Shown here: in pieces, positions 41,208 through 54,950 of the stretch
Position numbering within the stretch: the first letter of the stretch is position 1
How the letters are laid out: the number at the start of each line of letters is the position of its first letter
NCBI GenBank assembly: GCA_951406725.2
Contig: OX597816.1
Location: 156,116,001-156,180,000, forward strand
Length of the DNA: 64,000 bases
Direction: 5' to 3'
Source: Octopus vulgaris
Lineage: Eukaryota
Translations under genes and position numbers: made by a program
The notes under the pieces: model-generated
Told to the model about the DNA's origin: nothing
Databases searched by the model: none
Seen by the model: the letters and a program-made list of their open reading frames with translations, nothing else

Positions 41208-42634
41208 CTTTAGCCATTCTTATATTAATGATGCAACAGTATAGCACATAATTTGCTCAGCTATATTTTTGCTTCATAGAAAATCCTTGGTTGTGGTGGT
41301 TCTTTAATAAAAAGCTAAAGAAATTTTGTTTTATTTTACAAATCTTACTTCTGTTTAAAAAATAAAATATATCTATGTTTAATAATAGATAAGTAAAATT
41401 ACTTTATTTTGTATTGAAATACTTTATGGTGGCTGAGGTTTAAATATACAATCCGTACAAGCTATTGAAAACACATGAGAAAAACATCTCCTTTGGAATG
41501 AATAGCTACGTCATAGAAAAAAACTACTGTCATATAAAGATAATAGGGCATGGATTTTGGACAAAATAATCGCTTCTTGCTTTCAGCTTTTAGTATAGAC
41601 CTAAAAATTGCTGAAAGCAAGAAGCGGAACCATCTCAGCGAAATAAGAGGTTTCAATTACTTAGAGCAGAAACTACACATTGACATATTAACGCCGACAA
41701 TGCCTTGAACTAATGAGTCACCCATTTAACTTCCTTTTCTAAATCGTACATTCCACAAGATCCTTTCTCACGAATGCTTGCAATGTATAACCAAGGTCTA
41801 CCGAGGTAGATTTAATTTAGAAATAAGCTGTTCAATACATTGTGAAATAATCAATACATTGTAAAAAAATTCTTATATTAATAATCATTTTTCGATATTG
41901 CTCTCATTTAAAGTTTACTTAAAGATATTTTTTTCAAATATCGTATAATATGCTCATGCTGGTTGCTTGGTAGAGTGTTTCGATATAATGTAAACCTCGT
42001 TTCAAGAAAATAACAAGGAAAAAAGGATAAGTACTTTATCTGTACAATCGATAAATGCCAGGTAGCAAAATACCAAACATGACATTAATAATTTCATTGA
42101 TCAGACACTAGTTATGATCAATATAATTATTAACTAAGTGAAAATTACATTAATTATGAGACGTATATGAACCGTTTACCTATCACACATCAATATTCGG
42201 AAAATGAAATTCATTAATTATTATTGAATAAATAATTATTGAATGCAAATATTCTACAAGATTCAACAATGCTATATTTATCTATTGATCTTTCACGTGT
42301 TATACATTCAACTATACAAAAAAAACCCAGTTCATATCAATATGAAAATAGATACTTGTATAAAACTTTATATTTTGAAAGTATTCGCATACACATATAG
42401 ACACGCTTGGAAAATAAATGATAGAGTCATATTTTTATACAGTGAGGTAAATTACGTCCACGAAGACAGATCGAGCAAACCCACATATAGAACCAGTACA
42501 TTATATTACGCACTTTCTTTGTGTGTGTGTATGTGTGTGTATGCGTGCGTGTGCGCGCGAATCTATACATGCATGTGTATTAATATGTATATCTCAATAT
42601 ATTTATACGTATATATGTTCGGAAGAACGTTTGC

Positions 42635-42684
<50 letters not shown>

Positions 42685-42730
42685 CATCATTTAACGTCCG
42701 TTTTCCATGCTAGCATGGGTTGGACAAGGG

Positions 42731-42767
<37 letters not shown>

Positions 42768-43199
42768 AGTATGTATCTTTAAAATTAACTTTACTCCAAT
42801 TTATGTTAGTGGAAATGGACTATATGTAGTTGTCGGCAGCTTGGTCACTACTGCCAGTTGCAGAATTAATAGCAACTCTTGCACAATATGCGTGACAGAC
42901 AGTAGAAATGTCCGTTCTTTGGTTACCTACCTCAGTGAAATTTAAAACTCCAGAGAACAGTAATCAAATTTAATGTCTTACAATGCAAAAGGAGAAGGCC
43001 TATGTGGCAGCAAAGGAAGATAAATTTTCTTTATAATAGATACACTATTAGCCTAACCTCATTTAAATTCTTGAACACGAGTTAGATGGACCAGACAAGC
43101 GTGATAACCAAATAATATCAATAAAAAACAAACTCACAACGGGAAGAAAGAATATATTCGCAGGTATTCTAGCCTCACTCAAATATCATCTGAAATATA

Positions 43200-43415
43200 T
43201 TAACCCTTTAGCATTCATATAACTCTCTCAATATATAATATTTATTCATTCAAATTGTTTTCAATCAATCACCCATTATCTCGTAGCTTCGAGGATTCAA
43301 TGATGAATTACTTATGTTGTATTATAAGGGTGACCGCCGCTGTCTAGCCTGTTTCAACAAAAAATAATGTTGAACGTTTGAACCAGATATAACCAGCTTA
43401 AGTGCTAAATGTTTA
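43200..43415. mobile_element. Possible piggyBac-type MITE
   Basis: Left end TTAA-ccctttagcatt, diverged right end tgctaaatgttta. Confidence 0.45.
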
Positions 43416-43479
43416 CATGTGTCAACAGAAGAACGTTCGATTCATTCTTAGTTATATGTATCTACACCAAAGCTGCTTT

Positions 43480-44460
43480 TCACAACTTTAAAATATTACC
43501 TAATACAAGAACCTTATGTAGATGAAGGATCTCATTCCCATCCTCCAAACGGAAGTAGGAAAATATGTTTATCCTGATTCAATCAACATGCAAATCTCGC
43601 TTTCGTTACGAACAGGGAAACATTGTATACCTAATAAGACAACACTTCACAAATGCAAATCAATACCTCATGATTTTAATATGCATAATGTTAATGTGAA
43701 CTTTTCTTGCAAAGACAGTACTGCTTCCATCATCGAATGATCCAAGTAGAAACAAGAAAGCCTGCATGTACGATGACTCTACGCCAATTATCCACCTGGA
43801 TTTACCGAAATCAAACTACCTGCCTACTGAAAAGATTCTGCCTTTATAATCCAGTCGACGATAATACAGTCTTCTGTCTACTATATGGTATCCTGATAAC
43901 CAACATAAAGTTACGGTCAATGCTACAGAATATTCCGCACTGACAATATTTCGGGTAGAGGACAGAAGAATTTTCACCTCCTTGTCGCATTTTATATGAT
44001 GGTTCCACGCCCAAAGATACCCTCGCCTGTCTTAAAATTTAATGTCTCCGATAAAATAGATCACTACTCGTACGCAACATGCAAATATCATTATACGCAA
44101 GAAGTTGCATATAATTCAACGGGTCACTACATTCATTAATAAGAATCATTAACTTTTAACTTTATGCCAACAAGGGCGATCACGGTTGATTTATTGTAAA
44201 GCAGACAACTTCTGGTACCATTCTATAAATCTTATAAATTTTAACAAAGATTATAGAGCAATTCAGAAGCAGGAAGTATCGACAAGGATACGAACTCAAG
44301 CATGTGATCCGACACGACCAATGAGATCGAAACACACTCACTAACTAACCAATGGTAAACAGTCATCCATGCAATAGGCAAACTGAAGAACATTAAAAAA
44401 GAAGCATCCAGAAGATCAACAGACGGTTTTGTACCTTCTAAGATTCGCATATCTCTGAGT
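43480..44460 (+). mobile_element. Possible decayed LINE ORF1/gag-like remnant
   Basis: Broken coding-like frames (43522-43943) and a vague knuckle-like DH..ATC motif near 44060. No firm motif. Confidence 0.25.
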
Positions 44461-44534
44461 TAATCGGTTATGACAAATATATACACAAACACACACGCAC
44501 GGAGAAAGTAACACATGCACACGCACATCTGTGC

Positions 44535-44571
<37 letters not shown>

Positions 44572-44575
<4 letters not shown>

Positions 44576-44820
44576 CATCAAAATACAGGACCGATGCTGC
44601 AACAGCTTGGGTTTCAGGGGACCACAGTTCTTCAATATCTTTCCTAAATGCCTGTGAGACCTGCATGGTGTGGATGTGGGTTTCTTTAAAACTAAACTGG
44701 ATCTCCTCTTGTCAGGGGTTCAAGATGAACCTACCTCTCTGCAGGAAACACAGATGCGAGCAGCGGCGTCGAACTCCCTTGGTAACCAAGTGCCACGTAT
44801 CGGAGGTGGTTTCACATACT
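44572..44820 (+). mobile_element. CR1-type LINE 3' fragment
   Basis: NSLGFRGPQFFNIFPKCL*DLHGVDVGFFKTKLDLLLSGVQDEP...AASNSL, a typical CR1 ORF2 C-terminus. Confidence 0.8.
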
Positions 44821-44834
44821 AGTGTAGCTCATAG

Positions 44835-44945
44835 TTCCACATAGTTCCAGGGTGGCACCTTGCGCAACTGTCTTCTACTAAAGCCTCGGGCCGACGAAAG
44901 CCTTGTGAGTTGATTTCGTAGACGGAAACTGAGAGAAGCCCGTCT

Positions 44946-45040
<95 letters not shown>

Positions 45041-45223
45041 GTATGTATGTATATGCTTTGTGTCTGTGTTTATCCCCACTAACATCCCTTGATAACCGAT
45101 GCTTGTGTGTTTACGTCCCCTGTAAAAATAGCGGTTCGGCAAAAGGGACCGATTTGTTCGACTTAAGGCGGTGCTCCAGCATGGCCGCAGTTAAATGACT
45201 GAAACAAATAAAAGAATAAAAGA
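44835..45223 (+). mobile_element. SINE family B (internal deletion)
   Basis: gtggcaccttgcgcaactgtcttctac...gcggtgctccagcatggccgcagttaaatgactgaaacaa. Confidence 0.85.
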
Positions 45224-45531
45224 AAAATATTATAGATGTGCTTGTTGTAAATATAGGAAACAGCTTTTCTTTTAGAAATTTTGTACTGAATATACAAATA
45301 TAATCAAGATTTATGTTTTCTACCAATGTTTTCTTCCTATTTTCTTTATATTCGAGGCAGTAAATTACGTTAACATCGCTTCATTCTGAAGATGAAATTA
45401 TGAATATCTAAATGTGTTGTGGATGAATTTAGGAAATTTATTGTTTTAAAACAAACTTCAAAGAGAATATGAAAAAGAACTTTATGAAATATAATTATAA
45501 CACAGTTTTCTATTCAATAGTATACTCATCC

Positions 45532-45616
<85 letters not shown>

Positions 45617-45656
45617 GCTATCTATCTATCTGTCTGTCTGTCTGTCTATCTGTCTG

Positions 45657-45750
<94 letters not shown>

Positions 45751-45835
45751 CATCTATCTGTCTGTCTGTCTATCTATCTAACTATCTATCTAACTATCTA
45801 TCTGGCCGTCTGTCTATCTATCTATCAATCTATCT
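45532..45835. repeat. (TCTA)n/(TCTG)n tetranucleotide array
   Basis: Directly visible; source of the 316-aa pseudo-ORF. Confidence 0.97.
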
Positions 45836-45931
45836 TTCCTATCTCTCTGTCTCTCTGTCTGTTTGTAAACGTGTTTGTACATATGCATATAGATATAAAA
45901 AAATATATTTATATGCATACATATATGTGTG

Positions 45932-45988
<57 letters not shown>

Positions 45989-46022
45989 GTATATATATAT
46001 ATTTATATGTATATATATATAC

Positions 46023-46077
<55 letters not shown>

Positions 46078-46252
46078 TATATTTACATATACATATATAT
46101 ACAATGTAAATCTAATGAAGTGAAAAATAAATCACGATATGTATATCAATTTAAAATATGCAACGTTAATATGAATCATGTGTTTGTGCCCGTGTGTGTG
46201 AGATCCTTGTTTGCACACAGACACAGACACACACAGACACAGACGCACACAG

Positions 46253-46322
<70 letters not shown>

Positions 46323-47051
46323 TACATACATACAAATATATATATTACATACATACAAAACCTACGTACATACACACATATATCCACGCATATATGTGTA
46401 TATATGTGTTTGTTTGTGAGTACACATATATATGGAAACATTGGAATGCATACAAAGATTTGAAAAGTAGATACATTAAGAGGATTGAAACATTAAGTAT
46501 ATATAAAACAGGTTTTAAACATAGTTTATATGTGTTCTCATAAGAATATAGTAAACATGTATAAATCATTTCCTCAGAAGCAGCTGCACATTAAATGAGA
46601 ATTTCTTAGTTTGATATCTGAAATAATGCATTTTATTATTTAAAAAAAATGTTCGAAAAGTAATATGTAGGAATATAATTAATGACATTAGCAGAAATGG
46701 CATTAACGGTAGTCTTTTACAACTTGCGTTTATTCTTTCAGTTCTACAGCATCCACCACTATATTTCATTTCGTCTTTCTCTTTTGCCATATTCTTCTCA
46801 TATTAAACTCATATTAAAACCCATAATTTTGAATATCCCGTCTGTTTACTACTGACATACTCATACAGATTCACAGCCGCGAGCACGCCCACAGACACAT
46901 ACAATCAGATGTGTGTATGTGTGTGTGTGTGCGTGAGTTTCTATGAATGTATATGTGTGGATTTCTGCGTGTATGTATGCTAGGTTGCATATCTGGGTGT
47001 GTGTGTATGTATTATGTATGTATTATGTATGTATGTTTGTGTGTGTGCGTG

Positions 47052-47410
47052 CATTGCCCAAACGAACATAACATTGGCTTCAAATTTCATCCAAGGCTAG
47101 GACCAGAGGCCATAGTCCGTTATCCAATTTAGGATCACAACACATAACTACACTGCAACATAATTTCTTTTCCCAGCAGGCCCTGCCCAAAACAGATTAA
47201 AGAGGAAAATGATCCCATCACCTTTAAACAGAATCTGGACAAATTTCTTCAAAGAATACAAGATAAGCCACCTATACCTGGATACAACTCACTCAACAAG
47301 AACTCCCCACAAAATCTGATTTAGATTATCCTATCAGGTGGTGCTATTAAGTTAGATAGGGTCTGAACCAATATTTGGTCGAAACATATCTAAGTTTTAT
47401 CTAAGTTTAT
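47052..47410 (+). mobile_element. CR1-type LINE 3' fragment
   Basis: CPNEHNIGFKFHPRLGP...ITFKQNLDKFLQRIQDKPPIPGYNSLNKNS, with terminal short repeats atctaagttt. Confidence 0.75.
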
Positions 47411-47487
47411 ATTTATATATATATATACATACATACATGAAATTTTATAATTACGAGTATAATTATAATTGTTTCTAGCTACGCATG

Positions 47488-47541
47488 GCCTCGGTCTTGT
47501 GAGTGGATTTGGTAGACGGAAACTGAAAAGAGCCCGTCGTA

Positions 47542-47585
<44 letters not shown>

Positions 47586-47814
47586 TATGTGTATGTAAAT
47601 GTTTGTTAATCTGTGTTTGTCACCCCAACATCACTTGACAACCGATGCTGGTGTGTTTACGTCCCTGTCAGCTAGCGGTTCGGCAAAAGGGACCGATAGA
47701 ATAAGTACTAGGCTTACAAATAATAAGTCCTGGGGTCGATTTGCTCGACTAAAGGCGGTGCTCCAGCATGGTCACAGTCAAATGACTGAAACAAGTAAAA
47801 GAGTAAAAGAGAGT
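47488..47814 (+). mobile_element. SINE family B (5'-truncated)
   Basis: gtgagtggatttggtagacggaaactg...gactgaaacaagtaaaagagtaaaaga. Confidence 0.85.
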
Positions 47815-48163
47815 AACAAAAAAACTGGAAAATTTTAAATCAAATACATATTACCTTAAAACATCTAATCAACTATATTCTGAATTTTCTGAAAGTAAGG
47901 AACGGTTTCAAGCGCTTACAAATTTAAACTTTCTACATAATATAAAATTGCCTGGAGAAAACAAATCAAGTGAAAAGAAAGCTGCTCAAAGTCTGATGTC
48001 ACAATTAACGAAATTAATTGAAGAATGTTCACATTTTTAAAACACATGTCTGATATTGATGAAATCCTTGCTGTAAGAAAGAAATTCCTAAAAGAAAAGT
48101 TTTTATATCAAGAATAAAAAATGGAGGCCGATTCAAAATATCAAATTTCATTATTATTATTAC

Positions 48164-48200
<37 letters not shown>

Positions 48201-48670
48201 GAGTGAGAGAGTAGATCATGCCATCAAAGTGACACTGGGGTAAAATATACGAAGCCCAATATACCCATCATGACTACCCGTCTGATAAGGGTACACCAGG
48301 CACATGCATCACAACCATATGTGCGCGACATGGTGAACTCATATCAAGATAAACAGCACATGACCTTGCAGGTGGGGCCCAGTTAGAAATTTCTTCAGGT
48401 TGAGTAGCCCATCCTGCTCAAAAGGTCCCTGAATAAGGGTTGTTTAAGGATGTTGAAAGAACCACCCATGTTTCCAGAGGTAAATTATTCAAACCCCAAA
48501 GAATCCCTCTCAACACATGGCTATGATGCTCCCCCACTACTTCTGCTCGTGATCAGAGATGCACATATCGTCAGCCACTAAGGGACATGCTTAACTGGTT
48601 AAGGTCAAACAACTGACAAGCAAATCTGTGGTATTGAGCAGAATATTTGCTGTAGCCCATCTTTTATACC

Positions 48671-48671
<1 letters not shown>
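48201..48671 (-). mobile_element. Non-autonomous element embedded in (ATT)n, copy 1
   Basis: Flanked by (att)n on both sides; homologous in inverted orientation to 50488-50897. Strand is inferred. Confidence 0.8.
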
Positions 48672-48718
<47 letters not shown>

Positions 48719-48739
48719 GCAGTATTGTATTAGATGAAG

Positions 48740-49600
48740 CGAATGTTAATTAACAAGGCCCTTAATCCGTGTGCAGTAACAAAATTGAATAAAGTACTCG
48801 CCACGTTTATTGGCGTGCAAATATATAATCATGGATGACTGCTATAATATTCGAAACAGGTTTCATCAAATCCTGGTGCCTGAAGCTGAAATTCATCCAA
48901 AACAAGATATTGATTTGAAAATTGCATTAGTAATTGATGACGCTTCATCACTTCCATACAACCTAGAACACCGTAACGTTAAAGTTTTGTTCTGCGCCAT
49001 TTATCCTACCATTACATGAATGCAAAATTTGTAAAGTGTAGAAAAATTATATTAAACACATGGACAATACATTGCTGGATGTTATGGAAGAAAATCAGCT
49101 TACTGTTCCAGAGGTATGGACAGAATTTAATATTTTGCATTGTTTGGAGAGAATTTCAACCGCAATTCGTGAAATCAAGAAAACCACATTAAATGCCTAT
49201 TGGAAGGCCGTTTTTTCTTGATTTGTTTCTGAATTATGATGATGCCGAACGAAGAAAAATCTAATCTCAGACAAAATAAATACCGCGCATTCAATAGAAG
49301 GTGAAGGATACAACGATTGAACTATAAAAGAAATTTGGGAATTTTTTGTGGGATATGAATTGAATAAAATAGATTTAGCTAAAGTGATTATCACAGTTCC
49401 AAATGACGAAAACTAGTCTGATGCTAAAGAAACGAACTGTAATTACAGCAAAAACTTTTAAAGAGGGACTAAAAATTTTAAGAAATCAGACAACTCATTT
49501 CATTGACACAGATAGTAACACGGAATTCAGTTTGAAATCACGAAGAGATAAAAAAATACTATAGAGTGCCATACAAATAATTCTACCAGGATGTGAAAGA
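48740..49600 (+). mobile_element. pogo/Tigger (DDE_1) transposase remnant
   Basis: RFHQILVPEAE..DLKIALVIDDASSLPYNLEHRNVKVLF resembles WFHQCFIPEV..FKVLLILDNAPGHP..NVKVVFLP. Downstream LTVPEVWTEFNILHCLERISTAIREIKKTTLNAYWK also fits. Confidence 0.8.
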
Positions 49601-50095
49601 GCCTAAAATTTCATAGTACATGACTGAGATGGCGGTATAGAACGCAAAAGAAGCAAGAAATACAAACCATAATTTGTTATTTGGAGAATTTTAATATTTT
49701 AGTGCGGTTCGTTGCACGTGTATTCAAGGTTTTAAATATAATTGCTTTTAAGGAAAAAATTATATAGTAATTTTCATATACGAACAGAGAACCTTTTTCG
49801 TTACGGTCCATTGAGTATATTTCTTTTCTTTTCCGTTCACTAGGTTTTAGTTGATGAACGAATTCCTATGCTACTGCATCGAATAGCTTCATTTTAAAGC
49901 TTTTCAGTCTTTGGCGGTGCATTTATTTCTCGTCAGTGGAGTTCACTTCATTCTTCATTGTTTTGTGTTCTGTTTAGCTTTGACTCACTGGTAACAAGTG
50001 CAATTATGCATACACATAAATACATAGGTACATTACATACGTAATACATACATATATACATATATACACACACATATATATATATATAGATATAG

Positions 50096-50131
<36 letters not shown>

Positions 50132-50271
50132 CTATATATATATATGTGTGTGTGTGATATATATATATATATATGCACACACACAAACAAACATAAATAT
50201 ATAAATATTCACTCTTCTCGTAACAACGTTACGAAATTTTAAGTAGCAAAGGGTGGAGAGGAATTAGTTTA

Positions 50272-50339
<68 letters not shown>

Positions 50340-50388
50340 TAACAATAATAACAATAACAATAATAACAATAACAATAATAACAATAAC

Positions 50389-50487
<99 letters not shown>
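50272..50487. repeat. (AAT)n/(AAC) microsatellite
   Basis: Directly visible; source of the poly-Y ORF. Confidence 0.97.
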
Positions 50488-50897
50488 TGTCAGTTGTTTG
50501 GGAGGCTCTCGTGGCTCCTGATCTTAACTGATCGGAAGTGTTATCGTGTACATTGTTTTGAAGTGGCATAAAAGATGGGCTACAGCAAATATTCTGCTCA
50601 ATACCATAGATTTGCCTGTCAGTTGTTTGACCTTAATCAGTTGAGCATGCCCCTTAGTAGCTGACGATATGTGCATCTCTGATCACGAGCAGAAGTAGTG
50701 GGGGAGCATCATAGCCATGTGTTGAGAGAGATTCTTTGGGATTTGAATAATTCACCTCTGGAAACATGGGTGTTTCATTCAACATCCTTAAACAACCCTT
50801 AATTCAGGGACCTTTTGAGCGGGATGGGTTACTTGATTAGAAGAAAATTCTAACTGGGCCCCCATCTGCAAGGTGGACTGCACTGCACTCTCACTCA
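50488..50897 (+). mobile_element. Non-autonomous element embedded in (AAT)n, copy 2
   Basis: 50564-50874 is the diverged reverse complement of 48363-48671. Shares the terminus ctctcactca followed by aat repeats. Confidence 0.8.
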
Positions 50898-51951
50898 TTA
50901 ATAATAATAATGATACATATGCGCACACAAAATTTTTACAGAATAATCCTCAACTTCTTTTCTAATTTTGGTGTTTCCTAACGTTGCCTCTTTACTCAGC
51001 TGATCTATGAAAACCTTGTTGCAACTTCTGTCTTCCTTGAAGTTATAACGCAATGCGGACTACTTATTTCAATACGATCCTTTGTAAGATTTCAATTGGG
51101 ATTTCAGAACAATATAGTTTGTTCTTTCTAGCACATTGTGGAGAAACATGCTATTTTGTTTCTAGAGTGCAGTAATTCATGAGCGAATTAAATTCACCTT
51201 TAAATTTATTAGTCGTTGGGAAACTTAATATTATTGCTGCCCACAACGAAGTGCGTGAATCTATGACCAATTCGCTAACGTCAGCGACAGTAGTTCGAGA
51301 ATCAAGGGACGATATTCGAATATGATAAATTAAAACGTCGTATATTTAGAGAGAACAGTTGCAGCAAATTTCCCAGCGGCGAGGAAAACTCCTTCAAGTG
51401 TACACCCCCTCGTTAGTTGTTACTTTAATAACTTTAACATTAGGTTCGTGAACAATAACGCCCATACTCAATTAATCAACGCTTGTAGGCGTAAACCACC
51501 TAAAGACTAAAAGATATTAAAAGGACACTTTTGTCGCTACACTAATTAAACATTTTGCTGGTTACATTACACAGACAGTGACAAAATAACTTTCGTACAC
51601 TTCATGCTAGCAGACGTAAAACGACAACAAACTGTCTGGTGTCTTCGATCTCACAGCAAATAAAATTCTCAGAAAAGTATTGAACTCTCTAATTAAACAT
51701 TTGCTTCGTCTATGTATGGTGTTAATGAGCGTCTATATGTTTTATACCCGATATGATTATTATGAATAAATATCGAACAATGTGTAAATTTAATTCTTAT
51801 TTATGTATTGTATCCACTCGGATCTACCAAATATATGCTCAAATATTATCAAATTGTTTATGATATCGGTAATCAAATAAATATTAAAGAAATGATTAAA
51901 ATGCAAAATATATCACCACCTGAATCTATTGCATGTATATATGCATGTATG

Positions 51952-52027
<76 letters not shown>

Positions 52028-52215
52028 TATATATATATATATGTATGTATCCATAGCTATATTTTTATATTGTTCTACGTGTTGATGTTGTTGTTTCTGG
52101 TCGGGTGCACTCATAGTTGAGCTTCTCACCTTATAGCTTCATTAGAACTTCAAAAGTGAAGTGCAATTTATTTGTGAAGCCATATACATACATACATACA
52201 TATATATACATATAC

Positions 52216-52324
<109 letters not shown>

Positions 52325-52340
52325 TATATATATATACATA

Positions 52341-53062
52341 TATTGGGCTGGCAACTAAATTATCACCGTTATATTAAATTTTGGAATTTATTGTATTTTT
52401 ATATTTTGGAATCTATTTTTTTTCGATAATTCTCTTTTGAATCATTTTGAAATCATTTTTTTGTTTCTAGTTAATTTCAGTGTTAATTTTTGTTTATTTT
52501 CAGATCCTTAAAATGGAATGAATGACGAGAAAAACGAGCATTTTCGAAACCTCCTTCTTTTCGCTTCTAATCAAGGTTCTAAGGCTGCAAAAGCTGCTCG
52601 CGACATTTGTGCTGTGTATTAAGAGGGTGCCATAGCTGAAAGAACCACTTGTGATTGGTATACCAAGTCCATAATGGAAATTCTGACCTCAAAGACGCAC
52701 CTCGTTTTGGCCGTCCAGTTAAGTTCGATGAAGGGCGATTGAACCAACGTTTGCGCGAAAATTCTCGTCTGACAACAAGGCAACCTGCAGAGAAAAGGGA
52801 ATGCTCCCACACTGCTATAGAGGAGCATCTTCACTCGAAGGGAAAGGTTCAGAAGTATGGGGCATGGGTTTAAGTGACAACAACAAAAATCAACGAGCCA
52901 CAATCTCCGCTGGTTTGCTTGCTCACCACCGCTCAATTCATGGACACAAGCAACGATTTCGTTGCCGAATCTTTACTTGCGACGAAAAATGGTGCTTGTA
53001 CATCAATATAAAGCAGCGTAAGGAATGGATTAGCCCGGTAAACAAGCGACACCTGTGTGGTG
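52341..53062 (+). mobile_element. Mariner transposon, 5' half (decayed)
   Basis: TIR-like tattgggctggcaactaa. Translation fragments KNEHFRNLLLF..KAAKAARDICAVY*EGAIAERT..NGNSDLKDAPRFGRP..GKVQKYGAWV..IFTCDEKWCLYIN include the first catalytic D motif. Confidence 0.92.
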
Positions 53063-53833
53063 AATAAATGAAAATAACAACAACATTTAATTTTAACAGA
53101 TATATTTACCAAAATTACATAAGAACATCTTGAAATACTAAAGAGTAAATTTATTAAATAAAATCGCAATTGGCTTTAACCACGGACTCCAGACGACTTC
53201 TGAATCTTCTCTTCTGAGAGGTCCCCTTGTTTAAGTTGGTGAATGCCACCATAATCCTTGCATTCAGTTCAGCTTTGATGTTACTAGGGTCTCTCACTAA
53301 ACTACAAACCACATATAATAGTCAAGGGGGTTGCAGTCTGTGGAGTTAGGTGACAAGATGTTATGGGTGATGTGGTCGCAGAAATTATCTGACAGCCATA
53401 ACTGGATTCTCCTTCTTGAGTAGCATGAAGCAGAGTATTTTTACCAGACATAGGGTCTTCCAGTAGTCAGCCTCTTCACACAGGGCAGTACTTCCTTCAC
53501 CAGGCACTTGATGTAGGCCTCCGTGTAGCGTGTGAGACCATGTGGTAGGAGGCTTGGTGGCATAACGTCGCCATCACTGGTGATCATACCGAACACAATG
53601 TTGTTGACTGGTTGTTTGATTTTTATCACTGTCAGTATATATCCAATCATTCTGAAATGTTGTTTCCAATACAGCATGTTGTTTCCAAATATCTAGCAGA
53701 GTGAACTGCGTCATGGTGCTGATTTTCTCAAAGATGGTGCCCAACTGACTCTTCTATACTGTGTAGTAAACAAAATAAAAAACAAACAAATTCAGAATAT
53801 AAAATGGCGATAATTTAACCATCGCACCCTATA
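53063..53833 (-). mobile_element. maT/DD37D-like Tc1/mariner remnant
   Basis: Minus strand: VFGMITSDGDVMPP..AYIKCL..GRPYVW..WLSDNFCDHITHNILSPNSTDCNPLDYYMW..RFRSRLESVVKANCDFI. TIR-like tatagggtgcgatggttaaattatcgcc at 53806-53833. Confidence 0.85.
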
Positions 53834-53857
53834 TGTGTTTGTGTGTATATATATATA

Positions 53858-54166
53858 TCACCATCATCATCATCATCACGTGACCGACCAGTCCATCGGA
53901 TGTAGTTACACATCGCTGGTCACAATGCGTTCGCATTGTTTTAGCCTTCAAATGACGCCACTCCGCTGGCTAAGCGAGCAGGCCAACAGAAGAAAAAGTG
54001 GGGGAAAGAGTGGTGAAAGAGTACAGCAGGGATCACCACCCCCTGCCGGAGCTTCGTGGAGCTTTTAGGTGTTTTCGCTCAGTAAACACTCACAACGCCC
54101 GGTCTGGGAATCGAAACCGCGATCCTACGACCGAGAGTCCGCTGCCCTAACCACTAGGCCATTGCG

Positions 54167-54170
<4 letters not shown>
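53858..54170 (-). mobile_element. tRNA-derived SINE with family-C head and a different (GAT)n-tailed 3' half
   Basis: Head gaggcgcaatggcctagtggttagggcagcggactc is shared with 15629-15905; the 3' ~150 bp are unrelated. Confidence 0.85.
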
Positions 54171-54201
<31 letters not shown>

Positions 54202-54203
54202 TA

Positions 54204-54415
54204 TACTCTTTTTACTCTTTTACTTGTTTCAGTCATTTGACTGCGGCCATGCTGGAGCACCGCCTTTAGTCGACCAAATCGACCCCGGGACTTATTCTTT
54301 GTAAGCCCAGTACTTATTCTATCGGTCTCTTTTGCCGAACCGCTAAGTGACGGGGACGTTAACACACCAGCATCGGTTGTCAAGCAATGCTAGGGGGACA
54401 AACACAGACACACAA

Positions 54416-54460
<45 letters not shown>

Positions 54461-54625
54461 TACGACAGGCTTCTTTCAGTTTCCGTCTACCAAATCCACT
54501 CACAAGGCATTGGTCGGCCCGGGGCTATAGCAGAAGACACTTGCCCAAGATGCCACGCAGTGGGACTGAACCCGGAACCATGTGGTTGGTTAGCAAGCTA
54601 CTTACCACACAGCCCCTCCTGCGCC
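54204..54625 (-). mobile_element. SINE family B (full length)
   Basis: Minus-strand head ggcgcaggaggggctgtgtggtaagtagc...ccgggttcagtcccactgcgtggcatcttgggcaagtgtcttc, internal microsatellite, tail gtaaaagagtaaaaagag. Confidence 0.9.
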
Positions 54626-54878
54626 ATATATACATATGAGCGTGTGTGTGTGTGTGTAAATGTAAATGCCCTCTGGAATATAATCGCATTTCCTTTTTGA
54701 AACATCGATAAGCTGCACAAGTATTTCGCAATGAGAGCATGCCACCTCATTGCAGAAAAGCTGGAAGCTAATAAAGTTCAGTACATAATTTCTTATTCCC
54801 TGGTCATTTTAAGTTCTTCTCTTTCTCTTTTTCTTTCTTTCACTCTGTGTGTATACATACATAAATACATATATATAC

Positions 54879-54950
<72 letters not shown>

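Noticed and set aside
45469-46419. 316-aa ORF and the many YI/HT/VC/poly-N/poly-Y ORFs
   Set aside because: Translations of stop-free microsatellites, not genes.
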